64,000 bases of DNA from Monocercomonoides exilis PA203 (taxonomy: Eukaryota > Protista > Preaxostyla), in contig LSRY02000037.1 of the NCBI GenBank assembly GCA_001643675.2, forward strand, positions 310,001-374,000, written 5' to 3'. The translations under genes and the position numbers were made by a program. The notes beneath the pieces were generated by a model, which saw only the letters and a list, made by a program, of their open reading frames with translations, did no database searches and was not told the origin of the DNA. Every line of letters starts with the position of its first letter. Position 1 is the stretch's first letter. Of the stretch, positions 55,241 to 64,000 are shown one piece after another.

Positions 55241-58090
55241 AATGAAAAAAAGGATCTGACCCATGATCCGAATTTCCAAGGGGTCAAAAAGATCAAAAAA
55301 ATAAGCGTTAAAGGGCGAAAATTGCAGGTAGAAGAATGCAGTTTTTTGGCTATAGATGAAGTTAAAATGGTGAAAACAATCATTTTATGCAAAAAAAAGA
55401 CCCCTGAAGATTCTGTCATTTTGTGATCGCCATTGTTTGGACAAAGAAAAAGAGCTGATGCTCTTCGAATACAGCGTTTTAAAAATCAAAAAAAACATTT
55501 TTCTAACTCTTATCACATACATAACTATTAAACAAAAAATCAAAATTTTTCTGATATTTGTTTTTTTTTCAATAAATATTCAAAAATTCAAAAAGATATG
55601 GTTCTGATTAAAGCCGGAGTTTTGTTTCTTTCATTTTTTCAAAACCACTTGCTTTTCCAACTTTTAACGGGTTTGCTAATACTTTTTATAATTTAATTTT
55701 TATTGAAATATTACAATTTTTTCATTATATTGGAAAACTGCTCTGTTTGCTTCCTTTTCAAAGAAAAGGAACTTTTCTTGTCTGTCAAATAGCAAATCTT
55801 CACGTTGGAGAGCATTACGATGAGAATAGAACATATTATTATATAGCAATTGGGAAACAAATGAAGTTACGCAAGATTCATGATTTTTATAATTTTTGAT
55901 TGGAACAAAAGATTAAAACAATTCAAATGATGTTTTATTGAATGTCGATATAAGGATAGAATTCTGTGAAGGCAAAAATCTGCACAAAATTATACAGCAT
56001 TTTGGAATTAAATTCAGGGAGAACAGTTTGGGGTATTTTTTTGCAAGGAAAGTGACTGGCAAAATCAAGGGAAGGATATTTTTCACAAAAAACAAAAAAG
56101 GCAAGAATTCAACGAAAAAAAGGAAAACCCAAAAATATCAATTTTATTAATAAGGTTTTCCTGTTTCTCGGACTGCTCCAGGCAGAAATGGAAAGCGACG
56201 AAATTTTAATTCTGATTCCGCTATTTCTTCAAAAGAAAGGAGAAACGCCAACGACGAGACATCCAATTTTCAAATATTTGTTAACAGTCGAACAACATTC
56301 TGTCCAACTTCAATCGGATTTTGCTCTTGAAACAATTTGTAATTTTAGCGAACCACAAGCTTGACATTGATAATTTGGTGTTTCTGTTTGCCAAACATTC
56401 ATTTGCCATCAAATGCATCTTCTCTTGCAATTCCTCCTCTTCTTCTTTTTCCTGGATATCTGTGTCTTCTTTGTTGCGTGCCGACCTCTTCAATTGCAAT
56501 CTCGAACTGAACAGCCTGGCGGATGAGATGCCTCCATTCTTTTCATTTGCTGCTGCTGCATGCGATCAGAGTGCATTCAAAATGCTTCCCATCAATCATT
56601 GCTCCTCCATCATCCTTCCTTCTCTCTGCCTTCTCACTTTTTCCCCCTCATTGATTGAATGTTCTACCACTTTGTATTCTTTCAGCCTGCCTTGACGAAT
56701 CGATTTAATGTTCGTTTTGCAAGTGCTTTAACAGGCAAAGAATTGTCGGAGCTCATTGGGAAGAATTAGAAAAATGAGTGAATGAGAGAGTGAATGAGAG
56801 AGTGAATGAGAGGGAGGGAGGGAAAAGAATGAAGGAAGGAAGTTGATCAGGGAGGTTGTCTTGGGGTTTAATGATTGTGACTCAACTGAATAGAAAGAGG
56901 AAGCGAAGAAAGAAAATTGAATCGATGATGATCAATTTGTTTCAATTCAAAACGTTGGCTCTGAAGCATTCTAAGGCATGAATTAATATATTATCTATAT
57001 TTTTTTTATTATTTTCTTTTGATTTTTATGTGAAATTATGCATATTCTTTTTTTTTTTGGTCTTCATCGAAGCCCGCTGAATAGAAATATTTGCGCACAC
57101 TTCCGCCTTTTCTTTGACTTCTTCGTTTGTGTTCTCTACAGGGATAGTCGTTGGGACAGACGACACAGCGCAGCTGAAGGCACCACCGCAGGAAGATATG
57201 CCGACTGAGGTTGAGCTGCAGACGTGTGGAATTTGGGAGCGGAGTATGTGCGCGTGCCTGGTTGCGAAGCATGAATCCTAACAGCTGTCAATTTCGCAGG
57301 CTGTTCCCGCAGGTACAATGATACCTTCGCTTGCTACAGGGTCGCTGATGGGGCGTGGATGTGGAGAGGCACTGCACCCTGTAGCACCTGGTCTATGACA
57401 TTGTTCCCAGATCTATGGAGCGTGTGCGGCAGCAGCGAACCTGGAGGCTGTGACGTACATCATATTGCCTACTCTATTTTTTTGTGAAGGTGATGTTGAT
57501 GCCAAATGTTGTACTGTCATGTGATCTGTCTGTGACGGCGGTGTATTTCGTGGTGGAGCAGGGGGGAACTACCTGAAAGAGAAGCTGATGAAGTTCAGTG
57601 GCATTCTGTCGATTGCGATTCTACTACTGAAAAGAGCATATCTAGGAGATGATGATAAAGAAGATTGCGGAAGTACAAAGTGCAGGAGTCGATTGGGCTG
57701 TTTGAGCAGAAGATGCAGGAGCAGCGGCAGAACCTGGCGCGGATGCGGGAGTTTGATAAGCTACGAAAGACAGTGCGGGCAACTGGGGCAGCAGAAGGGG
57801 TGCCGCCGACGCTGCTACTGCTGAAGCCGTGGGGGAAGTTCTTTAAGGAATCGAAGCTTTCGCGCGTGACGACGGTGCAGAAGAAGATGATTGTGGGGGA
57901 AGAGTACAAGGTGTCAGTGATGCTGCGGGAGGACGAGAAGGAGCGGGAGCGGAGGGAAGGGGCAGTGAAGACGCGGGAGACAAGACGGGAGCTGAACCGA
58001 AAGATGGGAGAGAAGAACGCGAAGAGAAGGGCGATGGAGATGAGCGAGACGATGCTTGCGAGGCAGAGGAGAGAGGAAGCGAGGAGAGAG
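55241..58090. repeat. Right arm of the giant inverted repeat (2,850 bp)
   Basis: Reverse complement of 47403-50250. Confidence 0.97.
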
Positions 58091-61000
58091 AGAAGGAATA
58101 GAAGGAGATGAAGACAATGAGAACTGCAACAAGATGGAGGATGAGAGAGAAGAACGAAATCTTGTTCAGCGGAGATAACATAGAAGAGAAATTGACGTCG
58201 CCAATTGAGAGAGAAAGAGAAAGAGGAAAAAGAATTGAACACGAGGGTTCTTTATAGACAGAGAAAGATGGCATTTCCAAAAGCAAAGTCGATAGAATGA
58301 TACATTTGGAGTCATTTGATGGAGGCAGAACATCTCTCGTTATTCCTTCCTGCGAAGAATGGCTGCTGTCAGGAAAAGTTGTGGCAGACGAAGAGTTTTT
58401 GAGTTCCATTCAACAAATGAGGGAGACAGAAGTGGCAGGGGCAAATGCAATGAGAAGGAGCAGAAGAGGAGATGGGTCATTTTGTGTTGAAGACGAAGAG
58501 GAAGAAGAGAGAAGGAAAAGCGAGCTGAGTGTACTGAACGGGAGTGAGTCTGAAGCATCGAAGTCTGCTTCGAAGAAAAGCAGACGTGCTTGTGATACGT
58601 CTTCAGTGATTTTATCATTATCATCTTCAACGCCTTCTTCCTCTTCTCGGAACAGCTAGACGTTTTTCCGCGATCCAAAGGATGAATCCAAAATGACAGC
58701 GAAAAGGAAGAAATGCAGCAAGGATGACATGGTTCTATTCCAAGAAGACGAAGATTATTACTTCGGGTTAAAGAACACAACTACATACAAAGCATTAACC
58801 TCGTCTATTTCTCAATCACAGGAATCTGCTTCATCTTCCCCTCAGATTTCTTCATTTATTTCTCCACAACGTGCCAGCAAACACACAAAGGCTCCACGAA
58901 GCAGCCTTCTTGCGACGCTGGAAGGGATGAAGAAGAGGAAAGAGGAAAAGAAAAACACAGATTCTCTTTCTCTATATTCGTCACTGACAAGCGAAAGGAT
59001 ACTGACTCTGATGCCAGCTGGTGATATTGCACCGGCACATGACAAGTGGTTTGAGGAGGAAGTGAAAGATGTGGATGTGGTGAGAGGAGTAGAAGAGGGT
59101 GAGAACGAAAGGAAGAAGGAGAGAAATGAGTATTTGATGAAGGCAAAGAAGGAAATTTGACGAAAGATTGATGCGAATAAAAGAAAGGAAGCTGAGAGAA
59201 GAAAGAGAAAGAGAGGCAGAAAGAATTATAAGCTTGCCTTTTTACCAGCAAAATGCTGTTGACACAACGTTAAATGGACCAAATCAGACTCTCCAGTCAA
59301 CGCTCCAATCAACTAGATCAGCATCCTTCTCTTCTTCTCCTTCCTCCTCTTCCTTATCATCATCTAATCTTCTTCTTTACCATCCACACCAATTTCATCT
59401 GATAACAATCAGATTGTCAATGCTTTGCCTTCTTCACCATTATCACTTTCGCCTCCTCTTTCAATGTACTCTTTATCTCCTTTTCCCACCAGCACCCCAT
59501 CTCCCACCCATCAAATGTGGCATCCCGTCCCTTCTTCCTCTCTTCCCTCTTCGCTTTCTTCTGCCTCACAGCGTCCGTTCCTACTTCGTCACTGTGCTTT
59601 CCTGAGCCAAAAAAGTCAGCCATTCCAAGCCGCATCGATAGAATTGAGGAAGAGAAAGCGAAACATTGGAAGATGGAGGAGATGCAGAAGAAAGAGACAG
59701 AGAAGGAGAGAGAGGAGCTACTGGAGGAAGAGATTGAGTACTTCGAGAAAAAGCGGTCAAAGCTCGAAGTCTAGCAGAAGAAGGCGCTGGAGCAGGCTGA
59801 GAAGAAGAAAGAGGTATTTGTTTCGTATCTGAAAAAGATGAAGATTGAAAGAAGAGAATCGAACTTCAAAAGCGAAGCGAACAAGAGGAAGGTATTGATG
59901 AAGGAGCATTTCGAATAGCCTATTGCTGTTTGTATAATAAATGCGCTGTAGATTTGAAAAAATCTGGTTTTTAACAGGCAGGAAGTTCAATTTGGAAGCT
60001 TTTCAGATGAATTTCCTAATAAAAGCGCATTTTCAGCTGTAGAAGAAGAAGATGATGACAATTCAGAAAACTTGTTTTCTTCGAAAGAATAAAAAAGATC
60101 ATGAAGAAAAAGAGCAAGAAGAAAATTATGCTCCAAAAGAACAAAAACATTCGGAGCAAAAGCGAAGCGAAAATGCAAAGGTGTTTTTCATTGTTCAATT
60201 TGCAAGCTTCTTCTTCTTCGTCTTTTTTTTCTTCTTCTTCTTCAAAGCCTCACTCACACTCTCATTCCTAAAATTCGTCCCATTCAAAATCCAGCTCATC
60301 AACAACTACCTTATCTCCTTCCTCAACAGCTGTACCAACTGCTTCATCATCATCATCATCGTCATCTTCTTCTTCTATTTCATCTTCTTCATCAGCCTCT
60401 CAAAATACATCTGTTTTCAAACAATCTCCTCATCTCAACCAGCCACTTGCACAGACACACAAGAAGCACAGCAGCCACACACTCAAACCGATCTCTATTG
60501 CGCATCCACGTTCAACCCTCTCGCAAAATGCTTCTGAAATCAAAAGGCAAAAGAAGGAGTTAACAGCAAGTCAGAAGCGAAACTCATCTCTTTCGTCTTC
60601 TTAAGCAAAGACTCGACCGACTGTTTCGACATCTTCTCCACATTCATATGCAGTTACATATTCTTCTTCTACGTTTTCTTCCTCTTCCTCTTCTTCTGTT
60701 CTTCAAGAACCATTTTGTTCGCCCCGCCCCACCCTTCCTTCTCTTCTCCACCACTGGGTCGGCTGTGTTGAGACTTGCGTACGGAGAAGCACGATGGAAG
60801 ACAGTGTGTTGCTGCTACCTGTTGATGGATGGGACATAGAGAAGCTTATGTGCGACGGAGAAGTGGGGATTTTGGCTCGCATACTGAAATATCCACAGGA
60901 GCTGATGTTTACTGTGAAAGGAATGAAGGCACTGGAAGACAGAGATGATGAGATCTGGGCAAGGAGGATGAGAGAGAAGGAGAAAAGGAAGAAGGAAAGA

Positions 61001-61529
61001 ATGAAAAGAAAGAGAAAAGAATGGAGAAGGAAAAGAGAGGAAGGAAAGAAAAACCCGGCAAGCTCTGGTCAATCCTATGAAGAAACACTCGACACGGATG
61101 AATTTGAGCTCGTCGACGAAACAGAGTCTCTTTATACACAGAAGCCTGCTTCAAATGAGACTGCCTCTCTTTCAGAAGTTCCGAATTCTTCGTCTGCAAA
61201 TAGACCTTCACCTAATTCACAACCTTTATCAACTGAATCAAAGGGAATAATTCCTCCAATTCCATATTTTGACAAGAAGCTGAAGGGATGTGGCGTTTAT
61301 GGAGTGTTTGACGGACATAGAGGAAGCGATACGGCTATGTATTTAACATTACATTTTGTGGAATGTTTTCTGAGTGTCAGTGCAGTCAAAGGAGAAAAAA
61401 AAAGAAGAATGAAGAGAAAGAAAAGAAGAAGAGGATGATAAATCCAGAAATTAGCTAAATACAAACACAGAAGCAAGTAATGTTGAAATTAACTCACAAA
61501 CGTTGCCTTCATCTTCTCCTTCTTCTTCT

Positions 61530-61570
<41 letters not shown>

Positions 61571-62100
61571 TTCTTCTTCTTCTTCTTCTTCTTCTTCTTC
61601 TTCTTCTTCTTCTCTTTCTTCTCCGTCTTCCTCCTCCTCCTTCTTCTTCACATTCTTTTTCTTCTTCTTATCCTTCCTCTTCCCCTTCTTCAATTCCCCA
61701 TTATCCCCTTCTTTTCTCTCTTTCTCTCAGAGCAAAGAATGACAGATTTCAAGGTGTGTCTTTTCATCTGTTTCTTCCTTAACACGAAAGCCTGAAAGCA
61801 TCGATACGAAAGGCAGAGGAGAGAGTTGATTCTCAATGCAGCGCCGAGTGAATCAACAGTTGAGGAGTCACTAAGAGGTGTTTGGAAAGATGACTCCGCC
61901 TTCTCATTTGAACGAGGCGATATTGAGTGCACTGGAGTTGGAGAAGACGAGGTTGCAGCTGGAGGTGAGGGAAAATAAACAAATGGAAAGGCTTTTTCTG
62001 GTGAGCTGGAAGCTGTCGGCATGCATACTCCAACAGAGCATGTCGAGCGAGATGGCGGTGAAGATGGAACGCATCATGCTGAATGAGCTTTTAGACTGAT
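58091..62100 (+). pseudogene. Decayed large Ser/Glu-rich gene (or fused fragments) containing N-terminal PP2C/PPM phosphatase motifs
   Basis: In frame VGCVETCVRRSTMEDSV (~60758-60808, PP2C motif 1) and YGVFDGHRG (~61298-61324, motif 2). The rest is broken by in-frame stops and frameshifts, and no later PP2C motifs were seen. Confidence 0.6.
61512..61665. repeat. (TCT/TTC)n microsatellite
   Basis: Pyrimidine trinucleotide tract read directly (poly-Ser on the plus strand). Confidence 0.95.
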
Positions 62101-63225
62101 TAAACAAAGAAAGATGAAAATAACAACACTGAAACCTCCAATGGCGAGATACGTGGCGATGAGATGGTCGAGGGAGCAGCTGGAGCCATCGTCGAGCAGG
62201 AGCACAGGGGAGGCGGCACTGAGGGCGGAGAGGTTGGGGTGGGAGAGGAAGAGGGAGGAAGCGGGGAGAGCACGAAGAGCAGGGCGGGTGAGGTGGAGGG
62301 AATGGTCAGATATGTTGGAGATGCATAGGGTACCTCGGGAAGCACAAAGGAGGTTGGAGTTGAGTCTGACAGGATGTTCGGGGGAAAGAAAGAGGGAGGA
62401 GGACACAGCCAGTTATCCGTCGAGGAGAGAGAAAAGGGAAGAGTGGGCAGATCCAGACGGAGTTTTCTATTGAGCGGTAGATGAATAACACAGTTGTGGA
62501 GATGAAGTCGCAGGGGGCAAGCAGGGAGCTGACCTGGCGGGCAGAGGAGCCGGTGTCTTGGTCGATGAATATTTGGTGGGGGCGGTGGAAGGTGATGAAG
62601 GGGAGGAGTTCGACATCGAGGTCGGGGTCGGTGGGAGGAGTGCGAGGTGAAGCGGAGGTTGAAAATGAGAGGGGGAGGTGGAGGCCGGCTGTGGGCAGCA
62701 CGAATCCGCTGAGCTCGTCGAGCGAACTGATGTCGGCGCTGGGCATGTTCCAGTTGAAATGGGCTGCGTCTGCCACTGCCTACAGCATGGTGGACAACAC
62801 AAATACGATTTTATCTTTTTTTTATCGCAACTGACAAACACCACGTGCTCGAGGGCAAACTGCCTGGAGGCATCCGCCAGCCACAGCAGCACATTCCTCG
62901 AAGGTCGAGCCGTTTATCAGGAGGAGTGACCCTGCTGACATCACGGCTGCAACGCTGTCTCCTCTTGTATCTCTGCGATCTTTACACATCCCCCGCCTTC
63001 GCTCCCCTTCTCCTTACCCACAATCACACACACGCTGCACTCCACCACGCTGTTGCTCCCAGTTCACTTGATCTGTGAAAACATCGCACTCGCCACTTCG
63101 CCCAGTGTTTTGAACTCATACGGCACTATCCTCCAAGAGCTGATTGTTGTCAGCCCGAAAATCCTCTCCACTTTCTAGAGTCACCCTTGCATCCTCATTC
63201 AGGGTTGAAACTGAACCAAGCAAGG
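62080..63225 (-). pseudogene. GC-rich decayed membrane/surface protein fragment
   Basis: Minus-strand pieces include LLLINGSTFEECAAVAGGCLQA (resembles the beta-helix repeats of the 27-35 kb gene) and a TM-like TYLAIGGFSVVIFIFLCLI, with many stops. Confidence 0.35.
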
Positions 63226-64000
63226 CTGATGAAAAATTTAAACAAACTTAGTGATATATCTGTATAGCTTTTAAAGTGATTTACGAAGAGGAAAAAATAG
63301 CGCAGAAAATCATATACAGAAAAATAGTTGAGTTGAATGCTCGCCGAGCAACTTAAGCAATTTTATAAAGAAGGACAGAGCATGAGAAAGATGAGATCAT
63401 TAGAGTTGAAGGCTTTAAAAGTGAAAAAAGTGAAATTTTTCGTATTTCTTTTTTATTTTTTTTATTCTTTCTTTGTAATTTTCATAAAATAACTTTGATC
63501 AATTTATTTTAATAACTTCTTCAAAGTATTATTTGCTTTTATAGAAAAATAAACAGCAAATATTTGTATATCTGATGAATATCTAGTTTAACTATTATAT
63601 TTTTCATTTGTGTTTTTGAAAATTGTTTGTTTTCAACAAAAGTTTTATGATCTTCAAAATTAATTTTAAAATTTCTTTGTAATAACATCATAAAACTTAT
63701 AATTATATAAAAAATTGATAAATTATGTATTATGATTATTGTTATCATGCTTTTTGAACCAGTATACTTAGGTTTTGTTCTGTTTATTGAATTTTCAATA
63801 TTTTTTTAATGAATTTTTTAATTCTTTCACGAATTTGTAATAAAAACAATTTGAAATGAATAAAAATCTAAAAATATGCAATAACAACTATTCACAAAGC
63901 AATATATTTGAATGATCATCTCATTCATTTTTCTTTTTAAAGCAACCCTTAATTAAATTTGTTTTTGATCAAACGTCGGAATTTTTTATGATGTCAAAAA

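Larger units (their letters stand above)
47403..58090 (+). mobile_element. 10.7-kb transposon-like structure: USP-Sola-like transposase gene between 2.85-kb inverted repeats, flanked by an AGAA direct repeat
   Basis: Inverted arms as above; AGAA at 47399-47402 and 58091-58094; intact transposase gene in the 4,990-bp unique core. The true element ends are uncertain (alternative 50229-55262). Confidence 0.7.

Noticed and set aside
1-64000. Genome-wide stop-codon reassignment; tRNA, rRNA or CRISPR loci
   Set aside because: Long intact ORFs read in the standard code and end in TAA, TAG or TGA. No tRNA, rRNA or repeat-spacer pattern was recognised by eye.

Overview
AT-rich, intron-containing eukaryotic DNA in the standard genetic code. 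The gene families (helical 'LTRLAYQSAW' family, giant beta-helix receptor pseudokinase, SPRY-like protein) suggest the oxymonad Monocercomonoides; this is inference from recognition, not a search. The window is mostly accessory DNA: four decayed pogo/DDE_1-type transposase remnants, several foldback/MITE elements, three paralogs of one helical gene family (one intact), and large zones of decayed gene fragments (about 42-49 kb and 56-63 kb). The main feature is a 10.7-kb structure at 47403-58090. Two near-identical 2.85-kb inverted arms, made partly of decayed host gene fragments and flanked by a 4-bp direct repeat (AGAA), enclose one intact 3-exon gene of 1213 aa. That gene fuses a ubiquitin-specific protease (USP/C19) domain with an intact catalytic triad to a Sola-like DDD transposase. 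Just after its stop codon lies a GC-rich, highly structured ~150-nt RNA-like element with a C(UUCG)G hairpin and an HDV-ribozyme-like double-pseudoknot arrangement.
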